Part shown: one piece after another, positions 29,901-41,285 of the stretch
Numbering within the stretch: the first letter of the stretch is position 1
How the letters are laid out: each line of letters opens with the position of its first letter
Assembly (NCBI GenBank): GCA_014800515.1
Contig: JAAVFY010000007.1
Location: 48,174 to 103,533 of the forward strand
Length of the DNA: 55,360 nt
Reading direction: 5' to 3'
Origin: Bacteroidales bacterium
GTDB taxonomy: Bacteria > Bacteroidota > Bacteroidia > Bacteroidales > Muribaculaceae
Translations under genes and position numbers: made by a program
The notes under the pieces: model-generated
What the model saw: the letters and a program-made list of their open reading frames with translations, nothing else
Told to the model about the DNA's origin: nothing
Databases searched by the model: none

Positions 29901-30534
29901 GAGTAGCCACGAGGGTTTTACCCTCACCGGTGGCCATCTCGGCGATATTGTTTGAAGCCTTGTCACCATTGAGAATACCGTGGAGCACCATGCCGCCGAT
30001 AAGCTGTACATCATAGTGCACCATATCCCATGTGACCATATTTCCGCCGGCCTTCCAGCTGTTCTTATATATTGCCTTGTCACCATCGATAGTGACGAAG
30101 TCTTTTCCGGCCACGGCGAGTTCGCGATCGGCTTCGGAAGCAGTCACCTCGATTGTCTCATTTCCGGCAAAGCGACGCGCAGTCTCCTTGACCACGGCGA
30201 ATACTGTAGGAAGCGCCTCATCAAGTTTTTTGGCATACATCACGAACATTTCATCACGAAGTTCGTCAATTTTCTTCCAGAGAGGTTCGCGCTTGTCATA
30301 GTCGAGTGTCTCAATCTGCGCGCGTATCTCCGCCATCTGATCCTTATACTTCGCGGCCTCACCACGAATATCATCGCGTATCACGTTTATGCGATCGCGC
30401 AACTCATCGTTGCTTATATCGCGAATTTGCTCAGAGACAGGGTTGATTTCCTTGTGCAGGCGATCCCAAAGGGGGCGAACGGCACGTTCGCTCTGGTCAC
30501 CGAATATTTTCTTTAATATATTGCTGAATCCCAT
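26977..30534 (-). CDS. secA: Preprotein translocase ATPase SecA
   Basis: [73 protein letters not shown]. Confidence 0.98.
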   Translation of the reverse strand: MGFSNILKKIFGDQSERAVRPLWDRLHKEINPVSEQIRDISNDELRDRINVIRDDIRGEAAKYKDQMAEIRAQIETLDYDKREPLWKKIDELRDEMFVMYAKKLDEALPTVFAVVKETARRFAGNETIEVTASEADRELAVAGKDFVTIDGDKAIYKNSWKAGGNMVTWDMVHYDVQLIGGMVLHGILNGDKASNNIAEMATGEGKTLVATLPVFLNALTGEGVHVVTVNDYLAKRDSEWMGPLYQFHGLSVACIDKTEPNSEERRNAYRSDITFGTNNEFGFDYLRDNMATQTQDLVQRDEHYYAIVDEVDSVLVDDARTPLIISGPVPKGDDQLFNDFKPNVEKVVQAQRKLAQSLLIEAKEKISAAMSGDPEKIAKFDKNNGDGKKPLTADQLLEDGGLALFRVYKALPKHNPLIRYLSEEGIKQLLLKVEGRYMQDNNRDMPIAVEPLYFVIDEKNHSIELTDKGIEVLTGTTEDPEFFVLPDIAAQLSQVDSEGGSAEERQEKKDNLLQNYSVKAERVHTVNQLLKAYTLFDRDVEYVIDDNKIKIVDEQTGRIMEGRRYSDGLHQAIEAKEGVKVEAATQTYATITLQNYFRMYRKLAGMTGTAMTEAGEFYDIYKLEVVEIPTNRPVLRNDQNDRVYRTKKEKYAAVIQEVEDMVKIGRPVLVGTTSVEISELLSKMLKLRKIPHQVLNAKYHQKEADIVAQAGKPGTVTIATNMAGRGTDIKLPQEVKDAGGLAIIGTERHESRRVDRQLRGRAGRQGDPGSSVFFVSFEDTVMRLFANERIIKTLDRLGFEEGDMIESKMVTKSIENAQKRVEENNFGIRKRLVEYDDVMNAQRKGVYGRRQNALKGERIGTDIANMIYDVAQEIAGRKYEGGFKEFDEEVRKSLAIEVPFTEEEYAKLDGNALTESLAEEAMATFVRKKEKMAAGAMPYIKEFVEERGAKGPIGVPVTDGRRIFNIRCDIQEAYDNECAPLTKAWEKAVLLSSIDTAWQEQLREMDELRKSVQNASYEQKDPLVIYKLEAFELWKKMLWDMNSKAVATLMRGKLAVPDYEEAKKLAEEEKARQAASRQPENVDPEEIYRRQQERFRQQQENFRKQRERNAGLENSVSVASPYASYSTTRDTYPGESAQRQAAAQATTNRDEQTSQPTQAGPRIGRNDLCPCGSGKKYKNCHGKTE

Positions 30535-30631
30535 TTTATGACAGGGGTATTGATTTTCTAATGATAACTTATATTACGGCAAAAATCATGCCGAAAAGCG
30601 CGATGTTACAAGCAGGTCGCTAATTATCGCG

Positions 30632-30639
30632 CAAATATA
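30632..30639 (-). promoter_or_regulatory. -7 promoter element upstream of secA
   Basis: TATATTTG on the minus strand about 100 bp upstream of the start. Confidence 0.5.
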
Positions 30640-30685
30640 ACAAATTGGAGCGAGATTGTGAAATTCTCCTTATAAAAAGGGGGAT

Positions 30686-32263
30686 TCAAAGCGTAATCGG
30701 ACGCTCCGCCACACCGTTAGGTGCGCGTATACGGAGTGCCGACGAGACAGTAGGAGCGATTCGGACCGCCTCGACAGTGGCATCGATCACTTTCGGAGCA
30801 ACGCCGGGAGCAAGGATAAAGGCAGGGGTCAGACACATCGAAGAGCGTATCTGCTTCTTCACCTCCGGATATCGGAGATCGTCAGTGACTGTCCAGCCCG
30901 GTGTATATTCAATATATATATCGCCACACGCCTTCGGATCAGTGGCGAGTCTGAGACCTTCGAGCGCATCCGATCCTCGACCGAGAATCTCCGGCAAAGT
31001 GTAGGCATCGGCCACTCCGCTCATCTTGCAGAGGAAAGCCCGCGCATCGTCGGCCACTTCAGTGGCAGTGAGTTTCTTTTGTCCGATGACGGCATGGTCA
31101 AGATAAAGATGGCCGTCATAATAGGAATCTATATAGTCGGCATTGCCATACTTCGCGGAGAGGTAGGAATTGAGCAGAGAGGTGGCACGTTTGACACTGA
31201 ACTCGCCGGTAGGAATCCTGAAAGCGGCATCCTCGCCGAGAGTGTCTTCATAATATCCTGTAGAGGAAAGATAGATGAGTGTGTTCTCAAGTCCTACTTT
31301 CTTGTCAATAGCATCAAAGAGTCTCCCTATCTGCGAATCAAGACGCAGGTAGGAGTCTTCCAGTTCCAGACGGTAGTCGCTGTCGGAAGCATACTTGAAC
31401 GGAGCGGCCGTATAAGCCACATTGAGCATATCTATCGCCTCGCCGCGACGACCCAGATTCAGACCATCAAGGATATCTATGGCCAGATCCGTAATCTCGG
31501 TGTTGACCATCGGAGAGGCTATAAGCCTGCGATACACCTCGCGGTCGCTTCCCGGGAATGTGTAGCGGAAAGGATAAGCTTTCTTCTGAGCGGGAAGTCC
31601 CGGATACTTGTCAAGAGACAGGGAGGGTTTCCACTGCATTGTGTCGACACGCGCCGAAAGAGGATGATTATAGTTGCGTGTGCTGACTGCTTGCGGAGAA
31701 TCGTGATAATATGTCGAGGTGGCCCACTTGCCGGTGTTGTCATTGAGCCATACAGCGCAATTCCCGGCATGGCCGGCCATAATAATGGCTTGCTGCGGAT
31801 CGGGAGCTATCGCATATACCGCTCCGACACCGGCTCCATCGATCTTCACCTCGTCGCTCAGTGTCGACAGACGTAGAGCTACGGGAGAGAAGGTCTCGTT
31901 AGTGAAATTCCCGATTGCTGTCTTATCTTCAAGGGGCATCGTGAGTCCTCCTCCGCCATCACGGCATACCACAGCCGAGGGCACACCCGTGGCATTTGGA
32001 TAATTGCCGGTGTAGAGCATCGCCGTGGCAGAGACGGCATCAAGGTCTGACGCCTTGAAGTCGATGTCGCGCATATAGACACCTTCCTTCATGAGACGGT
32101 TGAACCCCTTGTCGCCAAAGAGATTTTTCAGATACTCCACATAGTCGGTGCGAAGCTGATCCACCACGATTCCGACCACAAGGCGCGGACGGGAAGGATC
32201 GGCCATGATGACTGCATTCAGGCCGACAAGGCCGAAGAGCACTGACGTGATGATACGGTTCAT
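30686..32263 (-). CDS. Alkaline phosphatase superfamily protein (PafA-like)
   Basis: PRLVVGIVVDQLR, GFNRLMKEG, YLRLD, IAPTVS. Confidence 0.85.
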   Translation of the reverse strand: MNRIITSVLFGLVGLNAVIMADPSRPRLVVGIVVDQLRTDYVEYLKNLFGDKGFNRLMKEGVYMRDIDFKASDLDAVSATAMLYTGNYPNATGVPSAVVCRDGGGGLTMPLEDKTAIGNFTNETFSPVALRLSTLSDEVKIDGAGVGAVYAIAPDPQQAIIMAGHAGNCAVWLNDNTGKWATSTYYHDSPQAVSTRNYNHPLSARVDTMQWKPSLSLDKYPGLPAQKKAYPFRYTFPGSDREVYRRLIASPMVNTEITDLAIDILDGLNLGRRGEAIDMLNVAYTAAPFKYASDSDYRLELEDSYLRLDSQIGRLFDAIDKKVGLENTLIYLSSTGYYEDTLGEDAAFRIPTGEFSVKRATSLLNSYLSAKYGNADYIDSYYDGHLYLDHAVIGQKKLTATEVADDARAFLCKMSGVADAYTLPEILGRGSDALEGLRLATDPKACGDIYIEYTPGWTVTDDLRYPEVKKQIRSSMCLTPAFILAPGVAPKVIDATVEAVRIAPTVSSALRIRAPNGVAERPITL

Positions 32264-33564
32264 TTCCGTTTATATCTTTTTTGACCGCTTGCACTCCGTT
32301 TCCTTGCGGGCGACGAAGGAAGCTGACCTTTGAATTTAAAATTATCTGCAGACCTGAGTCTGATAAGTGATATCGACATCAGCAGCGTGGCCACGGCCAT
32401 AGGGAAAACAGCCGGATTCGCACTCTGATGCTGAAAGGGCCAGACGATAAGCATACAAGCCACCGCCACTATGTCATAGCAGGCCACTGCCACTGCCAAG
32501 GGGCGCGTATGTCGCCACCACAGGCATATCGCCGGCACAAGCTGAAGAGGATTGAGCCATACGATAAGAGTATTGGGAGATGTGGCTTCGTGCGAGGAGA
32601 AAAACACGAGAAAAAAGGAGACGCACCCCGTCAGACCTATCACAAAATAGAAGAGGGAATATGCCCAGCGGGTGAGACGTCGCCGAATAAAATCAAATAC
32701 GACTAAAATGATAACGAGCACGGCAATGGACACACTCACCGTCATTGGAGTCAGCCATACAGGGGTCGGACCGAGCGTAGCATCCTCCACCCCCGCGTTG
32801 AGTACCCTCGTAGCCTTCACGAGAGGACGCCCGTCAGCGAATTTAGCACCATCCGCCTTACGCATCATCTCCATCGGCACAAACATCTCCTCGCGGCCTC
32901 TCAGCGGATAGTCCAAGCCTGAACCTAACGCGAGGTCTATTCCAAACTGATACCAGGGATAATTGGCATGATAATGCCTCATCTCCTGGCGGAAGGTGCC
33001 ATAATGTATGCTGTCGTCATATAATATGCGGGAGCCGGCAGCCTGATCAAGACGCATCAGGATACGTGTGGCACAATTATCTTTCACATAATTATAGCGA
33101 TAGCGACACGAGTCAGGCAGAGATTCTCGCTGAAGGAGCCGGCGGAGTCTAACAGTCTCCTCCGGAGTGAGATTAAGATCCTGCTCCACCACGCGGCGAC
33201 CTTTGCCAATATACTCGGGCATAAACCAGCTGAACGGGTAGCCGACAAGCATATAATCGGTCTCTCCTTTCACAAAACGATATATAAAATCCTTTTGATT
33301 GAAATCGAAGACACCGTAGTTCCAGACCGAATCGATACCTTCGCCCCGGATGCGGAGAGCTTCATGCCCACAGAGTTCATACACCTCACTGCCGGGCCAG
33401 CAAGTGATAAGGCTCACCGTGAGCCGATCGGAAAGATCGGCCGACGGCATAGTGCGTCCGGGCGCCGGCGAGGCCCCCGAACGCAACCATGAGAGCGTCA
33501 TGACGAAGATAGCCAGCATGACGCCCCGCAATGGTCGGTGGTATATTAAATTCTTAATATTCAC
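32260..33564 (-). CDS. DUF4105 membrane protein (Lnb-like lipoprotein N-acyltransferase)
   Basis: GHEALR, NYGVFDF, YRYNYVKDNCATRI and several C-terminal TM helices. Confidence 0.8.
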   Translation of the reverse strand: MNIKNLIYHRPLRGVMLAIFVMTLSWLRSGASPAPGRTMPSADLSDRLTVSLITCWPGSEVYELCGHEALRIRGEGIDSVWNYGVFDFNQKDFIYRFVKGETDYMLVGYPFSWFMPEYIGKGRRVVEQDLNLTPEETVRLRRLLQRESLPDSCRYRYNYVKDNCATRILMRLDQAAGSRILYDDSIHYGTFRQEMRHYHANYPWYQFGIDLALGSGLDYPLRGREEMFVPMEMMRKADGAKFADGRPLVKATRVLNAGVEDATLGPTPVWLTPMTVSVSIAVLVIILVVFDFIRRRLTRWAYSLFYFVIGLTGCVSFFLVFFSSHEATSPNTLIVWLNPLQLVPAICLWWRHTRPLAVAVACYDIVAVACMLIVWPFQHQSANPAVFPMAVATLLMSISLIRLRSADNFKFKGQLPSSPARKRSASGQKRYKRK

Positions 33565-33582
33565 TATGAAAGTGAAGTTGAA

Positions 33583-35010
33583 TCAGAACTCACAGTTCTT
33601 CGGATAACGCGGGAAGGGAATCACATCACGAATGTTCTGCATACCGGTCACGAAGAGCACAAGACGCTCAAAACCGAGTCCGAAACCGGAATGAGGTACA
33701 GTGCCGAACCGGCGGGTATCCAGATACCAATCCATGCCGGTGATGCCGTTGGCCTCGATGCGCTCGCTGAGCTTCTCATAGCTTTCTTCACGCTGCGACC
33801 CGCCTATTATCTCGCCGATTTTCGGGAAGAGTACGTCCATTGCACGCACTGTCTTGCCGTCGTCGTTGAGCTTCATATAGAAGGCCTTTATCTCTTTGGG
33901 ATAGTCTGTGAGAATCACAGGTTTCTTGAAGTGTTCCTCCACAAGATAACGTTCATGCTCCGAAGCGAGGTCCACACCCCAATATACGGGGAACTCAAAC
34001 TTACGTCCGCTCTCCTCGAGAATACGGATACCTTCTGTATAGGGGAGACGCACAAAGTCGTTCTCCACTACAAAGCGCAGACGCTCGGTGAGATCCTTAT
34101 CGAAGTGCTCCTCAAGGAATGCGATATCATCGGCACAATGCTCGAGAGCATAGCGGATACAATACTTGATAAACTCCTCGGCAAGATCCATATTGTCTTC
34201 TATCTCATAGAAGGCCATCTCCGGCTCAATCATCCAGAATTCCGAAAGGTGGCGCGGAGTGTTGGAGTTCTCGGCTCTGAACGTAGGTCCGAAGGTATAG
34301 ATACATCCAAGGGCTGTGGCTCCAAGCTCTCCTTCAAGCTGACCGGAAACGGTCAGAGAAGCCATCTTTCCGAAGAAATCTTCCGAATAATCCACTTTCC
34401 CATCCTCCTTGCGGCGCGGAAGGTCCTCGGGATTCAGCGTAGTCACCTGAAACTGTGCGCCGGCTCCCTCGCAATCGGAGGCTGTGATAAGCGGAGTGTG
34501 GAAATAATAAAATCCTTTGTCGTTAAAGAATTTATGTATGGCGTAAGCAAGCGCGTGGCGGATGCGAAGCACTGCTCCAAAAGTATTGGTACGCGGACGC
34601 AGATGAGCTATTTCACGAAGGAATTCAAGCGAATGCCCTTTCTTCTGGAGCGGATACTGCTCCGGAGAGGCTGTGCCGTAAACCTCCAGTTCATCGGCAA
34701 GCACCTCCACAGACTGGCCTTTGCCCTGCGATGCCACAAGTTCTCCCTGCACATGAATCGACGAACCCGTAGTCACCGGGCGCAACTGATCCTCGGAGAA
34801 TCGGGAAAGATCGAATACTATCTGCAGATTCTTGATGGTGGAACCGTCGTTGAGGGCCACAAACTGCACATTCTTGTTGCCGCGACGTGTGCGCACCCAT
34901 CCTTTGACATCGACTTTCTTTCCTACGAGGTCTTCGTGGCGACTGAGAAGTTCTGCCACAGTGAGTCTCTTTATCTTTTCCATCTTAACAATATCTTCTG
35001 TTTCATTCAA
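33583..35010 (-). CDS. asnS: Asparagine--tRNA ligase
   Basis: [44 protein letters not shown]; true start may be 34983. Confidence 0.97.
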   Translation of the reverse strand: MNETEDIVKMEKIKRLTVAELLSRHEDLVGKKVDVKGWVRTRRGNKNVQFVALNDGSTIKNLQIVFDLSRFSEDQLRPVTTGSSIHVQGELVASQGKGQSVEVLADELEVYGTASPEQYPLQKKGHSLEFLREIAHLRPRTNTFGAVLRIRHALAYAIHKFFNDKGFYYFHTPLITASDCEGAGAQFQVTTLNPEDLPRRKEDGKVDYSEDFFGKMASLTVSGQLEGELGATALGCIYTFGPTFRAENSNTPRHLSEFWMIEPEMAFYEIEDNMDLAEEFIKYCIRYALEHCADDIAFLEEHFDKDLTERLRFVVENDFVRLPYTEGIRILEESGRKFEFPVYWGVDLASEHERYLVEEHFKKPVILTDYPKEIKAFYMKLNDDGKTVRAMDVLFPKIGEIIGGSQREESYEKLSERIEANGITGMDWYLDTRRFGTVPHSGFGLGFERLVLFVTGMQNIRDVIPFPRYPKNCEF

Positions 35011-36640
35011 ATGCTCCCATACGCAGGAAGTTCACCTCCTCCTGAGTGAGATAGCGCCAACGTCCGCGCGGGAGATTTTTCTTGGTCAGACCGGCGAAAT
35101 ATACGCGGTCGAGTTTTGTGACACGGTAACCGAGGCTCTCGAAGATTCGACGCACGATACGATTGCGGCCGCTGTGAATCTCGATACCGGCCTGATTACG
35201 GTCAGTGTCGCTTACGTAGGAGATGGCATCTGCGTGTATCTCTCCGTCTTCAAGTTCGATACCGTCTGCAATGCGCTGCATATCCTCCTCGTTGATATCT
35301 TTATCAGTCCATACGTGATAGATTTTCTTCTTCACGAATTTAGGATGAGTGAGTTTTGAGGCGAGATCGCCATCGTTGGTGAGAAGCAGCACACCGGTGG
35401 TGTTACGATCAAGACGTCCTACAGGATAGATTCTCTCCTGACAGGCATTTTTCACAAGGTCAAGCACCGTGAGACGACCGTTGGGATCATCGCTCGTTGT
35501 CACACAGTCCTTGGGTTTATTGAGCAACACATAGCACTTGCGTTCGGGTGTCACCACCTTATCTTCATATTCCACAACATCAGTGCGATTGATCTTGGTG
35601 CCGAGTTCGGTCACAACCTCTCCGTTCACCTTTACTTTTCCGCCTGTGATGTATTCATCGGCTTCGCGGCGAGAACAGATTCCGGCGTTAGCCATAAACT
35701 TGTTAAGACGAATCTGTGCTTCCGGATCAATATCTTCAAGGACGTAATCTATCTGCTTGGGACGCGGAGTGAATTTCATTCCCTGTTTCGGACCGCGGTT
35801 GAATCCGGGACGCTGTCTGTCAAAGCCTCCGCCACGATTGTTTCCACGCTGCTGATAGCCACCCTGCTGTCCATAGCCGTTCTGCTGGTGTTGCTGTCCG
35901 TAGCCGCCCTGCTGACGGGGCTGACCGTAACCATTCTGCTGACGCGGAGTGTAACCGCCCTGCTGGCGCTGCTGACCGTATTCGCCCTGCTGACGCGGAG
36001 TGTAGCCACCCTGCTGACGGGGCTGCCCGTAGCCATTCTGCTGACGCTGCTGGCCATATCCACCATGCTGACGCTGGCCATAACCGCCCTGCGGACGCTG
36101 CTGACCATATCCGTTCTGCTGACGCTGACCATAACCACCCTGCTGACGCTGCTGACCATATCCGTTCTGCTGACGCTGACCATAACCGCCCTGCGGACGC
36201 TGCTGACCATATCCGTTCTGCTGACGCTGACCATAATTCTGACGGGGCTGATAGTGGCGAGGTTCATAACCTCCCTGATGCATCTCGCTTCCCTCAGCCT
36301 TATTATTTTCCGCACTCTCGGAGGCTACTTTGTGCTCGCCGGCATCGGGTGTGGACTGCTGATACGGACGGGGCTGGTAGGAACTGCTCTGGCCCTGACG
36401 GTCATAACGGGAATAACGTGAGTGCTGACCGTAGTTATTGCCTTGTCTGCTCTGGGTGTAATTGCCATACTGGCGAGGACGATAGCCACCGGTTGCGCCT
36501 TCCGGCTTTTCAGTAGAATCCGATTGCTGCTGGGAGGGATAACTTACCTTTTCGTAGCGATTCTCCCCCTCCGACGGCTCGGCTCCCTGATTCATGCCGG
36601 CCGCGATTCTTGGACGCCTTGGTTTCTTTTCTGCTTCCAT
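35003..36640 (-). CDS. rluB: RsuA/RluB-family pseudouridine synthase with a long N-terminal G/Y/Q/R low-complexity domain
   Basis: S4 domain [23 protein letters not shown], catalytic [17 protein letters not shown]; exact subfamily uncertain. Confidence 0.85.
   Translation of the reverse strand: MEAEKKPRRPRIAAGMNQGAEPSEGENRYEKVSYPSQQQSDSTEKPEGATGGYRPRQYGNYTQSRQGNNYGQHSRYSRYDRQGQSSSYQPRPYQQSTPDAGEHKVASESAENNKAEGSEMHQGGYEPRHYQPRQNYGQRQQNGYGQQRPQGGYGQRQQNGYGQQRQQGGYGQRQQNGYGQQRPQGGYGQRQHGGYGQQRQQNGYGQPRQQGGYTPRQQGEYGQQRQQGGYTPRQQNGYGQPRQQGGYGQQHQQNGYGQQGGYQQRGNNRGGGFDRQRPGFNRGPKQGMKFTPRPKQIDYVLEDIDPEAQIRLNKFMANAGICSRREADEYITGGKVKVNGEVVTELGTKINRTDVVEYEDKVVTPERKCYVLLNKPKDCVTTSDDPNGRLTVLDLVKNACQERIYPVGRLDRNTTGVLLLTNDGDLASKLTHPKFVKKKIYHVWTDKDINEEDMQRIADGIELEDGEIHADAISYVSDTDRNQAGIEIHSGRNRIVRRIFESLGYRVTKLDRVYFAGLTKKNLPRGRWRYLTQEEVNFLRMGAFE
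35850..36245 (-). repeat. Coding tandem repeats (about 51-bp unit, [17 protein letters not shown])
   Basis: Near-identical units such as CTGCTGACGCTGACCATAACCGCCCTGCGGACGCTGCTGACCATATCCGTT on the + strand. Confidence 0.9.
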
Positions 36641-36901
36641 GTCGTGTCTTGTTTTCTCTTATTGCGCACCCGAACATCTCTGCCCGTCTGTGGTGCGTGT
36701 GAATGAAATGGGATGTTGTGAGAATTTATTCCAAATTTCCCGCGTATTGATTTAAGTATTTGATTTATAACTATTTTATATCGGAATCCTTCGTTCCTCC
36801 CGGGAGCTGGCGTTGCTCCGGTCGTTTACTTTTTTTCTGTATACTATTTCGCATCATCCTTGTTTGTGATGCGGATTCCCAAGTCAACCGATAGATTACT
36901 G

Positions 36902-36909
36902 CAAAAATA
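36902..36909 (-). promoter_or_regulatory. -7 element upstream of rluB-asnS, implying a ~255-nt leader
   Basis: TATTTTTG followed by C on the minus strand. Confidence 0.55.
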
Positions 36910-36920
36910 GTAATTATCTT

Positions 36921-37589
36921 TTAGTCAACGAAATTTTCAATTGAAAAATTAACAAAATCGTTGAATCTTCGTGCCTCCTTCACTGCCGGCAGCAGCGATT
37001 CGATGAAATCAGATTTCTCCACTTCCTCTTTCGGATAAGGGTCGGAGTAGGCTATAAAGTCGCGCGGACGCACATAGTCGATATATTCCCAATCTCTGTC
37101 AAACCCTTTGGGTGCTGTCTTCACCGGATTCATACCGAGATTGGGAAGGAGCCGCCGAAACTCTTCTGACTCCACAATGTCTCTGTATTCATCAATATCG
37201 TCGAATATGCTCCGGCGTATGGCCGTCACTACTTTGGAGGGCAGACACACTGTGCCGGCACAAAAGAAGACATTGCCGGGTTCGATATGAAGATAGTAGC
37301 CGCAGCGTTCGCTTTTCTTTCCGTAAGGAGGATTCACAAAGATTCCTATATGAGTCTTATAAGGAGTTTTGTCGGCAGAGAACCGAGTGTCACGATAGAT
37401 GCGATATGTGCAGTCTGCGACACTGAGATGTGCCGCCTCAGGATCCACTTCCGCCACTACATTGATAAATCTCTGAGCGAGTTCATCCGCGCGTCTTCTG
37501 ACACGCAGATATTCCTCCTTATGGGTGTTAAACCACTCTCTATCGTTGTGGCGTGCAAGTTGTCTTAAAAATGAAAGTATGCTTTTCAT
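36921..37589 (-). CDS. DUF2461 family protein
   Basis: FLRQLARHNDREWF, RIYRDTRFSADKTPYK, GYYLHIEPG, KTAPKGF; ATG at 37589 preferred. Confidence 0.88.
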   Translation of the reverse strand: MKSILSFLRQLARHNDREWFNTHKEEYLRVRRRADELAQRFINVVAEVDPEAAHLSVADCTYRIYRDTRFSADKTPYKTHIGIFVNPPYGKKSERCGYYLHIEPGNVFFCAGTVCLPSKVVTAIRRSIFDDIDEYRDIVESEEFRRLLPNLGMNPVKTAPKGFDRDWEYIDYVRPRDFIAYSDPYPKEEVEKSDFIESLLPAVKEARRFNDFVNFSIENFVD

Positions 37590-37646
37590 AGAATCTGATA
37601 ATCTCTTGTATTTTATCGGATTTATCAACAATCCGCCGGAGAGTTT

Positions 37647-38969
37647 TCAATCGGTCAGCCAATAAGCGGCTATATCTCTCCAAATTATGTCAGTGGCTCC
37701 GGTCTTCTCATCAATATATTCTCCGGCCCAGCGTCCGCGTTTCTCTCTCTCCACAGGGTCAAGGAGTTTGTCGGCAACGCGTGCAAATCCGTCCTTACCA
37801 TCGATAGAGATACCTCCCCCAAGGGTCTTCATCTCCTCGGCCTCTACAAATTTATGATGATTCGGCCCATACACCACCGGTATAGCAAACGCGGCAGCCT
37901 CATTAATATTATGTATCCCGACTCCGAATCCGCCTCCAACGTAGGCTATATCCGCGTAAGCATACGCGGAAGAGAGGAGTCCGAAGCAGTCGATTATCAA
38001 CACCTTCGCACTCTCAAGAAGCTTAGGATTCTCCTCCGCCTCACTCTTAAGTATCGTTCCGGAGCCGAAAAGAGTCTTGAGCCGGGCCAGACGAGAGGGG
38101 TCAAATTCATGGGGTGCAATAATCCCCTTTACCCACTCATGGCTTTTGAGCCAGTCAGCATACACCGCCTCATCTTCCGCCCAACTACTTCCGGCTATGA
38201 ATACGGGAGAGGTGTGGCTCGAGTCACCTCTGCGTCCGGCAAACCTATCGAGCACGGGGATACTTCTGGCTTCCTGACGGATATGAGCCACTCGGTCAAA
38301 ACGTGTGTCTCCCGCCACTGTCACACAGTCTATGCCGATGCCTTCAAGAAGTCTTTTACTCTCCGGCGTCTGCACATAGATTCTGTCGAGAGTCCGCAAC
38401 CAATCGCCATACCAGCTATGCCTCTTGAAGAAAGCCTGATCAGCCCGAAAATTGGCTGAGATGAGGATTGCCGGAATACCCCTGCGCGAGAGTTGAGTCA
38501 GATAGCCTCGCCAGAGTTCATACTTGACAAACACAGCCATAGAGGGACGCACCATGTCAAGAAACCGTGAGGCGGCTCCTGGTACGTCGATCGGGAGATA
38601 ACACACCATATCGGCATCCCTGTAATTCTTTCTCACCTCATAGCCGGAGGGGGAAAAGAAAGTGACAAGAATCTTTTTATCCGGCCGTTCTCTGCGAATA
38701 CGCTCAATCAGAGGACGCCCCTGCTCAAACTCTCCGAGTGAGGCGCAATGAATCCAGACACACCCTGGTTCTTTCCACAATTCATTCTCGAGACTCCTCC
38801 ACACTTCGCGCTGACCCTTTTCGAGCAAACGTGCCTTTTTATTGAAAAGCGAAGCGGCGGATATGCCTGCGCGATACAGAGAGAGACCGAGGCCGTAGGC
38901 AGTCGGTTCAACGACTCTCCTTACGACTCCGGTTCTCTTAACATTCAGTCTTTCAGTCATTTTTTTCAT
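37647..38969 (-). CDS. waaA: 3-deoxy-D-manno-octulosonic acid transferase
   Basis: WIHCASLGEFEQG, TFFSPSG, GDTRFD, YVGGGF, HNINEAA. Confidence 0.93.
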   Translation of the reverse strand: MKKMTERLNVKRTGVVRRVVEPTAYGLGLSLYRAGISAASLFNKKARLLEKGQREVWRSLENELWKEPGCVWIHCASLGEFEQGRPLIERIRRERPDKKILVTFFSPSGYEVRKNYRDADMVCYLPIDVPGAASRFLDMVRPSMAVFVKYELWRGYLTQLSRRGIPAILISANFRADQAFFKRHSWYGDWLRTLDRIYVQTPESKRLLEGIGIDCVTVAGDTRFDRVAHIRQEARSIPVLDRFAGRRGDSSHTSPVFIAGSSWAEDEAVYADWLKSHEWVKGIIAPHEFDPSRLARLKTLFGSGTILKSEAEENPKLLESAKVLIIDCFGLLSSAYAYADIAYVGGGFGVGIHNINEAAAFAIPVVYGPNHHKFVEAEEMKTLGGGISIDGKDGFARVADKLLDPVEREKRGRWAGEYIDEKTGATDIIWRDIAAYWLTD

Positions 38970-39002
38970 AAAGACACGTAGTAGTCAATGAAGTGGCGGG
39001 AA

Positions 39003-40532
39003 TCAGTTCTCCGGGGCCGGAATCCTCTCTACCGCCTTGCGTATACGGGCCACAACTTCCTCACGGGGCATAAGCTCAGTGATGTCAAACATGTGAGGTC
39101 CGCGGCAACTTCCCACCACAGCGAGGCGGAACGCATTCATCACGTTGCCAAGATGATACCCCTTGGAGGCAATCCAATCGAGCACAATCTTCTCCGCATT
39201 TGCCGATGTCATATCGTCAATGCCCTCCAACACTTCTATAAGCTCACCCATTATACGGGGAGTGTCTGCGCTCCAACGCTTTTTGACGTCTTTAGCCGCG
39301 TATTCCTCCGGAGCTTTGAAGAAGAAGTCGGCCTGTGTCCAGAGATCATCGACAAAATCAGCACGACCCTTCACCATCCCGACAGCGTGTGCCACATATT
39401 CTTTATCAAATCCGTCCACACCTTTCCGGGCGAGCACAGGCATGAAGAGGTCGGCAAGCTTATCGTCAGGCATACGCATCAGATATTCATGGTTGAACCA
39501 GATACCCTTCTTATAGTCGAATTTGGCTCCTGACTTTGAGCAATGGTCAAAACTGAACTTCTCGATGAGATCCTGCATGGAAAGCAGCTCACTATCGTCG
39601 CCGGGATTCCAGCCGAGGAGCGCAAGGAAATTCACAACGGCTTCCGGAAGATAGCCCTTCTCCCTATAGCCGGAAGATATTTCTCCCGAATTGGGATCAT
39701 GCCATTCGAGCGGGAAGACCGGAAAACCGAGTTTGTCGCCGTCTCTCTTTGAAAGTTTACCGTTGCCGACAGGCTTCAGAAGGAGGGGAAGATGAACGAA
39801 TTCAGGCATTGAGTCCTTCCAGCCGAGAGCCTCATACAGGAGCACATGGAGCGGAGCCGAGGGAAGCCATTCCTCACCGCGGATCACGTGGCTAACCTCC
39901 ATGAGATGATCGTCAACGATATTGGCAAGATGATAAGTAGGCAGATCATCGGCACTCTTATAAAGAACCTTATCATCAATGATTGAGGAATTTATCTTCA
40001 CCTCACCACGAATCAGGTCGTTGACTATCACATCACGTCCCGGTTCGATAAGGATACGCACCACATACTGCTCTCCCGCATCAATCAGGCGACGTGTCTC
40101 CTCCTCTCCGAGCGTGAGAGAGTTGCGCATCTTCATGCGTGTAGAGGCATCATACTGGAAGTTGGGTATCTCCTCGCGTGCTTTCTCAAGCTCCTCCGGA
40201 GTGTCGAAAGCTATATATGCCTTTCCGTCGTCGAGCAGTTGCTTCACGTAGCGGCGATATATGTCGCGACGCTCACTCTGACGATACGGGCCGTGAGGAC
40301 CACCCTCGCGTACACCCTCGTCAAATTGGATTCCAAGCCAACCGAGCGACTCATTGATATAGTCCTCGGCGCCGGGGACAAAGCGGCGTGAATCCGTGTC
40401 TTCGATTCGGAGTATCATCTCGCCTCCATTCTTGCGGGCGAAAATATAATTATATAGTGCAGTTCTCACGCCTCCGATATGAAGGGGGCCTGTGGGCGAG
40501 GGTGCGAATCTTACTCTTACTTTTCTATCCAT
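39003..40532 (-). CDS. gltX: Glutamate--tRNA ligase
   Basis: [33 protein letters not shown]. Confidence 0.97.
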   Translation of the reverse strand: MDRKVRVRFAPSPTGPLHIGGVRTALYNYIFARKNGGEMILRIEDTDSRRFVPGAEDYINESLGWLGIQFDEGVREGGPHGPYRQSERRDIYRRYVKQLLDDGKAYIAFDTPEELEKAREEIPNFQYDASTRMKMRNSLTLGEEETRRLIDAGEQYVVRILIEPGRDVIVNDLIRGEVKINSSIIDDKVLYKSADDLPTYHLANIVDDHLMEVSHVIRGEEWLPSAPLHVLLYEALGWKDSMPEFVHLPLLLKPVGNGKLSKRDGDKLGFPVFPLEWHDPNSGEISSGYREKGYLPEAVVNFLALLGWNPGDDSELLSMQDLIEKFSFDHCSKSGAKFDYKKGIWFNHEYLMRMPDDKLADLFMPVLARKGVDGFDKEYVAHAVGMVKGRADFVDDLWTQADFFFKAPEEYAAKDVKKRWSADTPRIMGELIEVLEGIDDMTSANAEKIVLDWIASKGYHLGNVMNAFRLAVVGSCRGPHMFDITELMPREEVVARIRKAVERIPAPEN

Positions 40533-40592
40533 GATATTCTGTTTGTTCTGCTCTTATTTGTGGCACGATACTTAAAGTATGCGGCACGGTAC

Positions 40593-41285
40593 TTAATGAT
40601 TGAGTATACGGAAGCGGCTACCCGTCCAGGAATATGAGACTCCTTCGGGCCGGATATAGGGTTTCACAATCTCGTAATCCTCCTTAGTCATATAGTCTCC
40701 GACTGTGAGCGATGCCTTTAACAGATCATCATCCTGCCCGACGGTAAAACTATAAGTAGGGAAAGCCACAAGATGCTCAAGATCCGAAAGACTCTCAGTC
40801 CCGGTGCGATTGCCTTTCGGCACATTCAGAAAATCAGCCAGCTCCGGCATCTTTATGAATTTGTCACGCGGGAGCACCTTCATCTCCGAAGTATAGAACT
40901 TGAGTTCTGAATCCGGGGCAGCTCCATCCAGTCCGACGGTGTATACGGTCATAAAGATACACCCTCCCTTATAGGGGAGACGTTTGATCGTAAGTTGAGA
41001 CACTTCCGAAATCTGCACATCGAGATAGTCAGACGAAGCTTTCCGGAGGAAGGAAACTCCACCCATCACGTTGGGTGCCTGCCACACGGAATCCGCCTCG
41101 AAATAGGTGAGCATATCCTGACGTGTGACACCGGGAAGAATGTCCAACACTCCTATCGGAAGATTCACAAAGGCCTGCCGCGCATCACACTGCGAGGTTG
41201 TCTCGCCGGCTCCCTGAGCCGGGAATGACATTGCTCCCGCAAGCATAACCGAGAGCGGCAGACTAAGAAGAAACTTGTCAATCAC
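40593..41285 (-). CDS. Exported protein, DUF3256-like
   Basis: Signal peptide; AFVNLP...RQDMLTY; DSELKFY; terminal YSWTGSRF. Confidence 0.65.
   Translation of the reverse strand: MIDKFLLSLPLSVMLAGAMSFPAQGAGETTSQCDARQAFVNLPIGVLDILPGVTRQDMLTYFEADSVWQAPNVMGGVSFLRKASSDYLDVQISEVSQLTIKRLPYKGGCIFMTVYTVGLDGAAPDSELKFYTSEMKVLPRDKFIKMPELADFLNVPKGNRTGTESLSDLEHLVAFPTYSFTVGQDDDLLKASLTVGDYMTKEDYEIVKPYIRPEGVSYSWTGSRFRILNH

Noticed and set aside
27982-29955. 657-aa ORF antisense to secA
   Set aside because: Codon-aligned shadow of a highly biased gene; no recognisable motifs.
33691-35049. 452-aa ORF antisense to asnS
   Set aside because: Same antisense shadow effect; fully overlaps an essential gene.
35776-36421. 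L/T-rich and S/V/R-rich ORFs, and a possible CRISPR-like periodicity
   Set aside because: Alternative frames of the GYGQ coding repeats; units are contiguous with no unique spacers and no cas genes.
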